Origin: Camelus dromedarius
Lineage: Eukaryota
Length of the DNA: 64,000 bases
NCBI RefSeq assembly: GCF_036321535.1
Contig: NC_087437.1
Span: 38,008,001-38,072,000 of the forward strand
Direction: 5' to 3'
Shown: positions 23,686-37,554 of the stretch, in pieces
Layout: the number at the start of each line of letters is the position of its first letter
Position numbering within the stretch: position 1 is the first letter of the stretch
The notes under the pieces: generated by a model
The model's input: only the letters and a program-made list of their open reading frames with translations
Databases searched by the model: none
Told to the model about the DNA's origin: nothing
Made by a program: the position numbers and the translations under genes

Positions 23686-26600
23686 TCTACAGTTTCTTCT
23701 CTAGGGATAGTATTGTCCTTAAACCTGTGAAGACAAACAGTGCTATCATAGAAAAATGGACCAGTGCATCCCAACTTGTGGAAATCAGAATCACTAGGGA
23801 AACTTAAAATTCCTGATGTCCAGGTTCTACTCAAGAGATTCTAATGTGTAGTCAAGGTTGAAAGTTGAGAATCATGGAGCTAAATACCCATATATCAATG
23901 TGAAATTTTCTACTACATATATATCTGCAGTTCCCTATCTCATCACCGTTTCTGCCCTGAAACTCTCAAGTACCTAGGATAGCCCACGTGGATAAACTCA
24001 ATTCCAACTCCACAGGTGGCAGCAGTAGTGGCTCTCCTCCTCCTCCTCACCTCTACTCTTTTTCTTCCATGCTTACACTTCTTTTTTCCACGCTTCTTCC
24101 TGGCTCCCTAAAGATTCAGAATGCAATTTTCCAGCTACATAGTGGACCTGAACTCTGCTTCTCTCATCCTCCCTTTCATTCACTCAATCAACAAGCACCT
24201 ACACCGTGCGATGGCAATGTGCAAGCAGTTCCCACAGGGGATCCAGCGATGAATCTCACAATATCAAGGCATTGACAGTTAATTGCCTTGGAAATTCAGG
24301 GTTTTTTTCACCCTTCAAGGTTCCATAAAGAATTAAAGTAGGCTAAGAAAATGGGCAATGTCTGGAGAAGAAACCAGCTTTCTTTTGGTGAGATAAATGA
24401 GTTTCTGCACTGCATGTGTATGGTTATTTGTGTTAGCAGTCACTTCTAAAACCACTATATCCCTTCTATTTCTCAAGAGCTGATAATTCTAATGGTGAGA
24501 TTTCAGACCAGGGATGAGACAGAGCAAGGAAAATCAAACTCACGAAACAGGAATAATTGAATAAGGAAATTTCTTCATTTCTCTTTTCCCCTTCCTTCCT
24601 TCCTCTGTTCCTTCCTTCCTTCTTTCTTCTTTGCTTTCCAGAAAAGTTGTGAATCTTAGATGTTGTTCACATTTGGATATAGTATTAGACTTGTGGTGTG
24701 GCTATATAAAGGTTTTACATTTTCTGTCCCTTGCAAACCTGTAATACTTTTCCCAAATTTTGACTGAAAATATTTCTCACTCAGTTATGACAATATTATG
24801 TGTCCCTTCAATTAATTTGTAAATAAAATGTTTTCCAATTACAGCAGAAGCATATCAAAATGACTATTGTGTTTTATCACAACTGATTTAATGTATTAAT
24901 ATATTGTATGTTAGAGGTTTATATATTAATTAAAATTATATCTCTATATTTAATAAAGACATATTCTATTTATATTTATAAAGTACATTTTATCTCTTAC
25001 ATTGCTTTTTAATATTTGATTAGATGACCATTTGATCATCATATGACCATCTTTGAGTGACAGTTTGAGTGAGGATGGCAGACTCATATTGGATCTAACT
25101 ATAGACATTATGACCAATGAACAATGAGACTTGGTTTAACCAACATTTTACAGACCTGTAGGCTCACTTTAGCCGGTCCTGACTGCTAGTCTTCATTAGC
25201 AGAGTCAGCAAATACTGCCCTTTCCTAGAACTTGAAATTCCCTGGTTTCTCCTGTTTACTGAATGATTTAGTGATTTATTCACTGGGTGTGTTCCCTTGC
25301 CATGCAAGGTAGTAAGTGCAACTTTCTAACTTTTTAAATTATTAAAACAATATCATTTGTCCACAGAAAGTAAAACCTTTTTTTTTTTTTACCCTCCTGT
25401 TGAACAATTTCTCTAGTAAAATCCTAACATTTCTAGGTCCAGCCTAGGGTTCCCTTATTCCAGATGGTACATGATTTCTGAAATTGTTCAATGTAGACTT
25501 CTGCTCATCCACATTTTAAAAAAATTTTTTAGTTACAAGAAGAATAATTTACATATGAACATGTTTGGAGAGAGCTAGTGAGGAAGAAAAGAGTTGAAGA
25601 ATGAGGAATATAATTTGAGGACTCTAAGCATACATATTTTAAAAAATACAGAACATAACTATTTATATTCTTTTACATTTTGTCTCTTGGTAGTGGCATT
25701 TGGTTTCTATCTTAAGGTGTTTCCAAGTGACCTGGCCTCTTATTTTAAGATTCTCTCCTGCCTTTACGTAAAAAAACCAAAGGGACCAAGTATTTTCTGT
25801 TTGTGTTAATGTATCATATTGACATTAAATGCATAAATTAATTAAAGAAAATAGTATTAATTACAGCCTCTAATGTTTCAAGACCTTATCCATTTTAAAA
25901 AGATGCCTTTTATGAGTGGTTATGAAAATAAACTTGAGACTGAAAACAGAATATACTTTTTAAGGGAAAAGAATTTTTAAAGTTATTCAGGAAAGAGAGT
26001 TTGAAGCTGCAAGTTGTTTTAATATCCATATAATTAATTCCTGAACTTTATAATGTGAAATTTAATTAAACTTGTTCTAGCCACTTGAGTTGTGAAATGC
26101 TAGGTAAGGTACTAAGTGAAAGATCTGAGGAATCGATATTATCCTTCTGGCATTTTCGTTTCAGCCACATAATAGCTTTCTTACGAGGAGTGTAAGAGAG
26201 TCCCTGAAATTTTTCCCTTAATCTACAGGAAAATGAACATTCTAGAAAGGGTAAATCTATTAATTAGAGACCTGCACAGCTTTCTTTCTTGCTAGTGTAA
26301 TCGTTAAATTGATTTTTCCAGTCCATCATGTAATTGTTCCACCGATGGAATCCTGCTTTCCATTCTTGTTCCACTTCATCAATATTTTCTGTAAAACATG
26401 GAATGAATTGTATTAATCTAAATTTTAATCTCTGTTTACGTTAATTGAAAAATAATTTTGATTGCAGACGTCATTTTCTCCAAGTACACTGCACAGCAAT
26501 TTTTTATTCTTCATTACTTATTTATCAGCTTCTCTGACTACTTGAAAAGATTTTAGTGCAATTTTATACATTATATGACAATGCAAATAATAGATGTGTA

Positions 26601-27223
26601 CAAAATATACATACCATAAAATGCAAGTTTGTGTATTATATTACATCAAATTGTTACATTACATATATTTGCTTTAGTTTCTAAGATGTATAAATATTAT
26701 TCTCTTTGCTTGACCCAGCCATGCATAACAAAAAGTTCATTTAATGCATCTCATTTACATATATAATTATAAAGCAGAGTATTATTTCTGATGAAAATAC
26801 TTATATTTGAATATTTATTAATGCATAGGAGGACTTTTAATTGGCATTCTGTATAGATTTTACACTCATCCCATATCAATATATTTTTAATTCAAAGCAA
26901 TGCCTGGTTATTGAAAGCATTTTATTGAAACTACTAAATGATAGAAGTTTATTAATTGCTTCACAAATTAGAAACATGACTAAGAAAATCTCTGCTTTCC
27001 AGCAGTTTGCAAAGTGTATGTATGTGTCAGGGAAGAGGAGTGTTTATACCAGAAATAATGTGAGGCAATGAACCAAAAAGCATTTATGTGCTACAAGAAC
27101 CTTGAAATTTTGATATATTTGAAAGTGTATTACATTAAAAAATAAAGTTTGTGAACAATAGAAACTCTTAAATTACAAATGTTTAAAACCATATATTTAT
27201 GTTCCTAATAGAAATAGACATGA

Positions 27224-27263
27224 TAAAGCTAGAAGACAGTTTAAAGCTAGAAGACAGTTTAAA
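27224..27263. repeat. Perfect 18-bp tandem duplication (taaagctagaagacagtt)x2 plus partial third copy
   Basis: Units at 27224-27241 and 27242-27259, followed by taaa. Confidence 0.95.
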
Positions 27264-28419
27264 TTATAAGTCATATGCATTTGTAGTTCTCTTACTTTTT
27301 AAGTTTTTAGGATACTGAGCTATAGTCACTGGATTAAAAACAAAATTTTAAGTCATTTCAACTGTTGTAAAAATAAGGGCTGACAATTTTTTAAAATATA
27401 ATTTTCAGTTAGGAATTTTGAAATTAATTATAACTTTGCAAAATGTTAATTTGGAAAAGAAAATTCATGTGCTCTCATACTATGTTATAATGTATGTGTA
27501 AAAGTGTTTCTTTTCATTCATATTATTAACAATGGAGCACATTCAGTGATTCATTTTTAATTTATATGAAAATCAAAATATTTAAAACATTTGTACTGCC
27601 ATTAAAAGATCCCCTGTAATTTAGGATATATTTAGGTTTAAAATGTTCATAATGCTTGGACATCGGACAAATATCTGAGAATTTATACAAAAATATCCTA
27701 TTTTTATGTAAAATGCTTTTTAAAAGGTCAATGGCTATAATTTTTTGTGAATAAAAGAATTTTTCTAAAGAGTCGAAAAACATTCAATGTGGAAGAAAGA
27801 TGTTAAATATTATACTAAATAATCCATGCTTGTGTTCTTTTTTATAATAATTAAATGCTGTTTTAAATGTTACTTACACAAAATAAGGACTCTGAAGTTC
27901 AGAAATAACAAAATTTTTGATACAGCAATTAAAAGATAGGTAATTTAGCATTTAAACCATGAATATTAATATTTAGAGAAAAGGTCCCAAATCTGATTTT
28001 CTTTTCTTCCTCATGGAATGATACCCAATCCATTGATTCATATAAATGTAAATTTATTTCCTCATGTATCATATTCAGACAACTATACAAGTTAGTTATT
28101 GAAATAGTTTGCTTTTTAGTGTACGAGTGCTTTGTAAACCTGAGTACATTTTTCCTTTAGAAGTACTGAACATTGATTGAGACAATAAAATATGAAACAG
28201 TTAATTATTTTCTAACAGAACCCAAAGGAACTGAATACACCATAATAAGAAGATAATTAAAAAATGAGTCCCATGTCGTAAATCAAAATCAAAACTAGTT
28301 GTGTTTCTCCTCTCCCTCGTCTCCTCTTCCCCTCACGCTGGAATACTACGTAAGTGGCTATAGATGCATTGTCATCATCAGTGAGATGTAGGTCTACTTG
28401 GTTTGTAGTTAATGTGGTA

Positions 28420-28660
28420 CTGTGGTGTGAAATAAAGAAAAGAACATCAGTATAGGCTTTGGAGTGACATGGGCTAAAATTCTAGCTCAGTCATTTACTA
28501 TCTTAGTGACAGAGAAAAAATTCTTAACTTCTCAAATGAGTTTTCCAAATGTAGGTAGGGTTGGTAATTCCTCTTTTGCAGCATTACCATGAAGGGTAAA
28601 TGAGATGGTGTGTACACTGTGAAATCAAGCTCTGTGCACCCATTGGGAGCTGTGCAAATG
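28420..28660 (+). mobile_element. MIR SINE
   Basis: 'ggctttggagtgacatgggctaaaattctagctcagtcatttacta...cttaacttctc...gaagggtaaatgagatggtgtgta'. Confidence 0.7.
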
Positions 28661-31600
28661 AACTGACTGCCCTTACAAAAATTTATTCCTAATTTTGCTC
28701 TCTATTGAATCTGTATACAGCTAGGTCAATACCAGTAGTTCATAAACATATTGACACAACTTTTTCAGGAGTTTTGTGATCTTTGTTTTGCTCATATCAT
28801 GTCTCATTTGGGGAGGAAAAAGGTCAGGCTCTCTTCCCTACCAAAAGAGTGATAATAATACAGCTTTTTTTTTTTTTTTTTTTTGGCTTGTCAATTAAAA
28901 AAGGGTGAGCAATGTTTCACCAGAGCTGAGTCTATTTAGCTAAGTCTGAGGCATTAAGACAGAACACAGGAGAGGTGAGTCAACCCCAAATTATTAATGG
29001 AGATGAAGTTAGAAGAGGATGTTACATTGACATTGAATTGCAGTGAGCACTATAATAAAGAAATGACATATTTCCTGTATTCTGAGAGTTCATTAAAAAT
29101 CTCTTCTGTCCCCTTTATGTGCTTATTTCCCTGTTTGTCAACCAGTTATTCAAATTACCAAAAAATTCGTAATTCTTTACACAGCAATCAAACTTATTAG
29201 TTGTCCTGTTGTAATTTGGAGCGTGTGGTTGTGAACTACTAGAAACTCAGGATGAGTTTTGTGAAGACTTCATGGGCTTTTCCAGTGAAACAAATAGATA
29301 ATTTGATTTGACTGTCAAGTTTCCCAAAGCCTTTTGTTTGTTTTGCTTTGCTTTTAACAAGGAATGGAAAATTCAAACACGAAAACAGCAAAATTAGTCT
29401 GATCTTTTTCTTCAAACCACCTTTCCACTATCTCATCTTTGTTTGCCACTCTTGCTAACTGATTTGCAAATAGCAGTAAATGAATCCAAAGTGACGGAAT
29501 CCAAGAGGTATCTCAGCTCTTAAATTTATATTCGGTCTTCTTTAGTTGTGGCAAGCAACAGTGTTTCATGATTCATTCAAAGGCGAAAGGAGGAACCACT
29601 GGATCTGATGTTTTTCTTTACTGGGGAAGATATGAAGGTCAATTTTTTTCCTCTGAATAAATTTACTTTCTCAATTTTAGTGAAAAATACTGATATATGA
29701 TTGACATTGAATGGGTTGTTCTTCCACTAGCCTTTCTTTTTACGAATAATTATATTACTGAGTTACATTCCTAGCAAAAAATCTTAATTTGATAACAGTT
29801 GAAAAAAAATGTGCATTTTATTTCTTGCAAGTGCATGCAGTAATAGCATAGGCACGTGCTGAAGGACAGGCTGAAAATTAAGTGCTAGAATTTGTGTGTT
29901 TAAACAAGTCTTCAGGATTATTATTTTTTTTTTTTGGAAAATATGCATTGCTTAAATGTAAACTACTGCTCATGTGGTACTTCTAATGCTTAAACTCATG
30001 GGTTTCCGTGAGTAAGGTAAACATTTCTCCTTTTAAGAAATCCAATCAGTAGTTATTCTTTGAAATTTTCCTTTATTTGTAAAGCTACCTTTTAAAAAAA
30101 TACTGTTTTCATAAAACCTTCACCTAGGTCATCTAAGTAACCTTAATTTTCAGAACATTAAAGATTAAAATGTTTGAAGTTTTGTGACTTGAAAAATATA
30201 AGGTACAGTAAGAACATATTAATCTTTTTAAACCCCCCTACATTATTTTTTATAAAGCCTAAAAACATTGCATTTCAAACTGGTTTTGTTTAAATGTAAA
30301 CATTTTTATTATTAATGAATACCTTGCTGATGTTATGACAATTACATCATACATTTACTAAAAAAATTTTTAAATATACTTAATATAACTCCTTTGGGGG
30401 AATTATCTGAAAAAAATAGTGATAAAATTTAAAATTATGTTTTCAAGATTCATTGGAACCACCCGAGAGCAAGGTATGGTATACCCACACAACTCAGCAC
30501 TGCTTAGAGTAGAGAGTTGTTCAGCCCTGTGTATGCCAGATGCATACCGCAGCATGTAGTCAAAAACTTAGGAGTTTGTTTATTTAACCTGCTTTATAGT
30601 AGCAGACAATTAGAGACAGAGATTTTGAAATACATCTTCAAAAACTGCTGATACTGAAATTGTATTTTATCAACAAATACATTGCAATAGGCCACATGTG
30701 CTTGAACTAGAAAGAGTCAGTTTGGCTTATAATAAATTAGTCATTTAAAACTTGCCCCCATCCCCTGCTTATTTCCCTACAAATTATGATCTTCTCATTT
30801 CAAAAGTATTTTAAGTAAAGATTGAGAATATGTAGTTTATGATATGTTAAATGGTACCTCTTCTGGTCTCTTGGCAGATTAAACGCGTTGCCTCATTGTT
30901 ATTCACACCCAGAGGACACAAGGGCAGCACTGTAGCTCTGCCAAGGGATGCAGAAGCCCATCTCTGATACATACTGTGTCACAGAGCATTTGGTAACACA
31001 TGGAGCACTGGTATAGCGGTAATGTTTCCCAGACAGATGGAGTCCACAATTATAATTTTGGTGAGCAATGTCTGATAATCAAAAGGCATATAAAACAATC
31101 GGATACAACTCTGAGATGCCCACAGTTGCCTGAAACTAACCCCTAACCTCTCTAAGCAAGAAGAAACTAAAAACATCCACTATACTGTGATATCTAATAT
31201 ATAACCTGCAAATTGTGGAGTGTTATGATAAACAGGATGGTAAAGTCTAAAGGACCCGGTTAGCAATATGTCTGGTGGTTGAAAGTCAATTACTTTTATT
31301 TGAAAAATACAGAAAATAGACTTGAGGAGCCACATGAGTTATAAACAGCTGGACTTTTTTTTAAAGAAGGCAGTGAATTGGAAATGTCTGTAATTTTTCT
31401 CACAGAAAATGTGATCATTTAAGTTGATCACTCAAATTTATTTAAATATTCTCTTACTAATGAATTATGACTATGCTCATCTGAACCATTTTCCTAGTAT
31501 CTCCTTATATAAATCTAAGTAATCACTTCCTAAAGAGTAGTTGACTAAATTGCTACCTGTTTATTGTAGTATGTAATGTACGTGCATGCTCTTTAAATAT

Positions 31601-32377
31601 CACCAAGCTCAGAATATTCAGAAATATTTGGATTATGCTTATAAGTATTAAATTTTAGGAGTTTTCTCCCCCTTAGAAATCAAGGTTTCTACTCCTTATC
31701 AATAAAATTATTTTTGCTTCTTTTTGAATATAAATTAAATTTAGTTCCATAGTATATTTGTTCAGTTATTCAGGTCAATAAATTGTTTATGTTACATATT
31801 TATTTTGTTCATTTATCCATTAATTCACTTCACAGAGATGGGCTAAATGGCAAGTAGTGCCCAATTTTAGTTCCACTATTAGTTTTCATGTTCCTCTAGG
31901 GGAATTTTCTATTTTTGTTTTCTTTGTTTAACTACTAAGGTGCTGCTTATATAGTAAACCTTCAACACATATCTAAAATTGCTGGAAGAAAGTTGTTAAA
32001 ATAATGGACACATTGGAATCAGATAATTGTAAAGTCACAGATGAACATTCTCACCATGTCCTGGATAGTCTATCTTTTCTCCCACTTACATAATTCACAG
32101 CCAATTATTTAACCAAATACCAAAAAACACACCTGTCATTTCCAAGACTTTGGGAAAAAAGAGTGTCCAGAATCTGCATTGTTGAGCACGTAGTTTAGTG
32201 TACACTTTTGGTGACTCTGTATTCAAGGTTAAATATTTCTGTTCAGGGCTTTTGAAGAGAGGCCATCTAGTACTATTGTTCTGGGTCCCATTTGGATTTC
32301 TGAAAAATTAAAGAGAGACATTATAGTCCTACTAAAATCACTATTAGATTAAAAAATATTGTTCTCAAAAACCAATA

Positions 32378-32417
32378 AGACGAGATTGGGCACGTTCAGG
32401 GTGGTATGGCCATAGAT
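32378..32417 (-). pseudogene. 5S rRNA pseudogene fragment (nt 1-40), part of a TSD-flanked chimeric retroposon
   Basis: agacgagattgggcacgttcagggtggtatggccatagat is the reverse complement of the mammalian 5S 5' end GTCTACGGCCATACCACCCTGAACGCGCCCGATCTCGTCT at 36/40. All four mismatches are CpG-type transitions. Confidence 0.95.
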
Positions 32418-35400
32418 GGCAGCAGGCGCCAGCTTTATTGTTTTTGTAACTATGTAAGTTTAAAAAGCTAAAGATCCAATCTGTTCTTAGAAACAATAAT
32501 TAGTACATATATGTAAACTAACTAACTAAATAAATAAAAACCAATAAAAGCTTTTAAAATATCAGAAAACTGTGGACACAGTCAGAAAAATTGTGGGTTT
32601 GTTTGATGATGTCAAGTACATATGAATAGGGTTGAATGCTTTCAGTGCCTTGAAGCACTATGTTAGTTTAAATTGTAAAAATTAAAATTTAAAGAACTTT
32701 TTATATACATTTCTATTTAACATACAGGGAGAAAAATATATAAATATATTCTATTTTAAAATACTAATATTTTCTTCTCACTTAAACCTGTGCTTAAGTT
32801 TGGGACAATTACAAATCTCCTTATTATGTAATAACCTCATTACTCGAGGACACTGCCTTCAGTCTCATTTTTTAAGTTGATCCCACCTTCTTATAGATCT
32901 GTCCACTGCTTAAAGATCTTTCAGTCATTCCCCAGTGGGCTCAGACAAAGGTCAGTGAACATGGTGCCAATGACATTTCCAAGCTTACTTTCAGGTATTT
33001 TCTTCCTGGGCCAGCCAACAGGAATCAGGGACAGTTCCTTGGTCTTCCCTCCTCTATTTCACCTCCTTGCCTTTACCTAATATTTCTTCTGCTGGGAATC
33101 CCTCCATTTCTTAACATCAGGAGTCTAAGTCAATCCAGAACCTTCAGATTATCTTTTACTGCTGATGTTTCCCATATCTTTAATTGTTATTTCAAAATCA
33201 ATAACGCTTGACTTTATTTTTCAGAAATTTACAGTTTGGGACTAACTAGCACCTTTGTAGCACTCAATATATATTATTGCCTAGGTCACACATACAGAAA
33301 CACAAAGAGTAAACATTCTGGAAGTGACTCTGTCTAGTCAGTCGCTGGCGAGTCTATAGATTTCCAGATTTCCTTTTAATGTATTTGTATGATGTTATTA
33401 GGAGTCAGACAATGCTCTAGGCTCTAGAAATACAAGTAAATATGGAAAACATAGTTTTCCCCAAGGAATTTACAAGCAAGAACATCCATGAAAACAAAGA
33501 ACCAACAATATACGGTAGCCTAAATCAACCATAAACAAAGGGACACTAATTGTCAGAAGAGGGAACAATCGTTATGTGTTTGGAAGGAAATTACCTAAAG
33601 CAATCCAGACAGAATTATCTAAAGCAAAGGGACAGAATTATCATAGGTATGTATATAATGAGTGTTCATTTTAGTTCAAGTAACAATGAAAAAAGTAGTT
33701 TTCTTGGATTCTAGGATAGTGGAGATCCTGTTAGAGTTATAGCTTTAGGATGTAAGTGTTACAGCAGGAAGATCTAACAGCCTAAGAAAATGGTTTAGAC
33801 TTTAGCTTGTGGGTTTTTACTATTCTGGAGGGATTCTTGACTAGCTGGCTTATTGTAAATATAACATTTTAGAAATACTGACCTAGAGGTGGTACCTAGG
33901 CTAATCAACAAATCTATTAAATAGTCACATATACTTCTATCATAAAAGGAAGACTCACGTGATGAGGATAAATAATTCATTTCTTTTCTTAGATTCATCT
34001 AACTTAAGCAAAATCATGTAAGAAAAACTCCAGTTGAACTACTCTAAAAGTTCAGCACACAAAATTCTTTATCATTGATTTGAATGATATATAATCTGTA
34101 TATTATTAATAGATAGAAATTTGGGAGTCGTGACAGTAGGTACCCTTTTTTCCCCCAAAGCTTGTGAATCCCTAGAATTTGGAGAGAGAAGCAGGCATTC
34201 AGGCAGCATGGTTATCCAGAGGCAGAGTTTGCCATCAAGAACTTGTGTCGAAAAAGTACAATAAATTCCTATTTTATCATTGATGCAGACATATTCAGCC
34301 ATGAATTCAGGAGCTGTAGAGATAAATCGCTTCATGATGAACTAGTTGATTTTATGTAGGAATTGGATGATTTAATAAGAATTATTAATAACCAGAGCTA
34401 TTCAAGCTAAACCAATATCATAACAGGATTAAACCCTCTTGCTTTAGGGGATTATTTGAAAGAGGTCATGAAGAAAATTTTTCCAGATCACAGATGGCAC
34501 ACTTGTCTAGGTGAATTATGTAGTCTTTTTCTTTTCTTTTAAAGCTTTAGAAACTAACAAGTACAGCTGCTGGAGGCTGCATATTAAACCAGGAGAACTA
34601 TTGGTCTGATCCGGTACAGCAATTCTTATGTTCCTAAATTGCCCACTTTCCTTCTAATTCGATTCTAATTAACTTATGGCACCATTTAAACTGCACATTC
34701 ATTTCTGGCTTATGCAAACGGTGACTTAAACAGAGCTGACTTGTACTTGAGTTCAAGAGCGAAGCACTAATGGCACTGCCAGTGTTCATTTAACAAACTT
34801 TGTCCTATGAAATAACTCATGACATTCCAAATTGTGATTCAGAGGTAATCAAATTCCTTTGCCTATGGATGCAGATACAGTTTTCAAAAAGTGATTGAAA
34901 TAGCTATTGAAGTGATGAAGCATTTTACTCTATAATTTGAAGAAAGCTCCAAAGACTTGAAAACAACCAGAGATACAATTCTCTGCTTATTGGTATCAAT
35001 TAAAAACTTTGTGAAATACAACATAATTCCCAGATACAGAATTCTGAAACACTGTATAATTTTAATTCCAAAATTGTAAGATAAATTTAAACATGCTGAT
35101 TTTGCTATCTTTCAAAAATATTTTCTGTTCTGGTTACAAAATAAAGACCTCAAAGCAACTGTACTTCACACTTTCCATGAGATAGAGAAATCTCTTCTCT
35201 TTTTGTTACCAGGCTCTTTTTCTAATTTGTGGTATACAAAATGGTCTAAAAATTATCCTTTTTACTCTTCCTCTAATGTAGGATTGAAAAGCTTTAAGAG
35301 ACAGATTATTCAACCAAAAAAAGCAGAATATCTTTCTAACAACTGTGTTACAGGAAATTACCTGCTTGCCATTGACATCTGAGCACAAGATTTGATAACT

Positions 35401-36089
35401 CATTTTTGAATAGATTTTTTTTAAGGCACTAATTGACTCAGGATGGCTGATATGAAGAAGCAGGATGCACTCAAATTTCATATATCATTTTTTGAAGTTA
35501 TAAATTCCAATATTGCTTACCCAGTCCTAACACGGGATTTAAGCTCTTCTTTGATTAAGAATTCAGAGACAGTTATTTCTAACTAAGATATACAGTGATT
35601 TTAAAATGAATATATTTTACTGTGCTTTACAATCTAATCTAATGAAGCCATGATTATTAGTTGTAAATTGAAAGACCATCCAAAATTTTCCACTATCATA
35701 AGAGGGCTGAGGGAATACAGCATATACTGGATAATTTCTTAAATAGGCAAATATTCATGGAATTATATTCCATGTTTTGTCATGCTTAAATAAAACTGTA
35801 TTTTAATTTAAAGAAGAAATGGTTATAAGAGAATCTGAATTTGGAGATCAGATCCATTATTTTATTCAATAAACATTAATTGAGTGCATACTATGTCAGG
35901 CTTATTTGAATCACAGAATATTCAACAAAGACAAAACAGAAAAGTTCCTGCCTCTTGCAGTTTCATTCTATAAGAAAGATAAACAATAAGGACAATAAAG
36001 GAAATACACAGTATATTACACAGTTATACTGCTAGAAATGTTAATAAAGTGGAGAATGGGGATGATAGGAAATGACAGGTGTGTAATAT

Positions 36090-36093
<4 letters not shown>

Positions 36094-36127
<34 letters not shown>
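36094..36127. repeat. (TG)17 microsatellite
   Basis: Perfect TG run read directly. Confidence 0.97.
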
Positions 36128-36128
<1 letters not shown>

Positions 36129-36147
36129 AGAGGCAGTGGTGAGGGAG

Positions 36148-36878
36148 TGTATAATAATGAATTTGCTTGACTTTTGTTCACATATCCTGGGAGATAACCT
36201 CTAAGTGTTTGGAATTTTGCACCATACCTGATAATTTATGCTAACAGGATGACTTAAGTAATGCATCCGATGGTTTTTGCTAATGACGTGACTCAGGATG
36301 GGGCTACTCACACTGATAATCTTAGGGAAGGAACTGGGCTCACCAGGAAGACTTACCGAGTGGTCAAAGGTTTGGGACTCAGAACCAAGTGTTACGAGCC
36401 TGACCTTCAGGAAGGGGAGGGGCCAGAAGATGGCATTTAACCACATGACCACTAATTCAATCAGCCACGCCTTTATAATGAATCCCCAATAAAACCCTGA
36501 ACCTCAAGCTCAGGTGAGCTTCCTGGGTTGACAGTTCCCCGTGTGCACACTGCCACCATTGATGCCATGAGGGCACTGCAGCTCTGAGGGCACAGAAGCA
36601 TTCTTTTGGGATCCTTGTCAGTCTTGTTCTATGTATCTCTTCCTTTGACTGGTTCTGAAATATATTAGAATCTTTTGCTATATTAAAACTGTCATTGTAA
36701 TTATAGCATTTTTTTCTGAGTTTTGTGAGTCATTCTAGTGGATTATCAAGTCTGAGGGAATACGTGGGGACTCTGAACTTACAACTGATGTCAGCAATCT
36801 TGGGCCAACTTGGAAGTCTGAAGGACTGTGCCTTAACTTAGACTTTGGCTAACTCTGGGTAGGGAAACTGCAATATTT
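36148..36878 (+). mobile_element. Solo LTR, MER21C/MER77-like
   Basis: 'cctgggagataacctctaag', 'gtgactcaggatggggct', 'ttcaatcagccacgcctttataatgaatccccaataaaaccctgaac...gctcaggtgagcttcctgg' and 'ctgagttttgtgagtcattctagtggattatcaag'. Right boundary is approximate. Confidence 0.7.
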
Positions 36879-37554
36879 GGTAGGAAAGAAACTTTTAAAG
36901 AAAGAGTTGACAGAGGAGTGAGCCATGCAGTTTTTTGAAGGAAGACTACTTCAACAAAAGCAATAGAAAGCAAAGACCAAGGGACAGATATGTGCCTGGA
37001 ATTTTCCAAGAACAGCATGTAGGAGAGTGTGGCTAGAGTAAAGCCAGCCAGGGAGAGGAGAGTAGGAGGTAACATTATTTAGTGACCTGTATGCTGGTCC
37101 TTATCTTTTTACATCTACTCTGAGTGAGAGAGGAAGCGTTTGGAAGATTTGCACAAAGAAAAAACAAGATCTCATATTTTTTAAAAGATCATCTGGGTAA
37201 AATTCTGCGAAGGGACTGCAGAGAATCCAAGGCCAGAAGCAGAAACAGAAACAGGAGATCAGTTAAGAGACCACAGGGATAATTTAGGTGAGAGATGATG
37301 GTTACTTGAATGCTTGAACCAGGGAAGTCATAGCAGAAACTGAGACATGCTCAGAACTTAAAAATAGTTTGAAGGTAGAGCCCTTGCAATTGACCAATGA
37401 ATTAGATATGAAGAGAAAGAGCAGTCAAAGATGACTCCAAGGATTCTGGCTTGAGAAATTGGAAGGATGGATGGAGTTGTCATTATTGAGACAAGAAATG
37501 CTGCAAGAGGAGGGTACTTGGAGGAAAGTGTCATGAGTTCAGCTTTTCCCACAT

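Larger units (their letters stand above)
35855..37554 (-). mobile_element. L2 LINE 3' portion, interrupted by two LTRs
   Basis: Starts with the L2 tail complement 'tttattcaataaacattaattgagtgcatactatgtcagg'. Later 'gagcagtcaaagatgactccaaggattctggcttgagaaattggaaggatgg' and 'catgagttcagcttt', resuming at 38477 with 'acatgtgaaatttgag'. Confidence 0.8.

Noticed and set aside
24005..24026. CTCF-like motif tccacaggtggcagcag (a similar partial one lies at ~54050-54066)
   Set aside because: Only the 3' half fits the consensus, and such partial matches are expected by chance in 64 kb.
32378..32417. Functional 5S rRNA gene
   Set aside because: Only 40 of ~120 nt are present, the internal A and C boxes and terminator are missing, and the CpGs have decayed.
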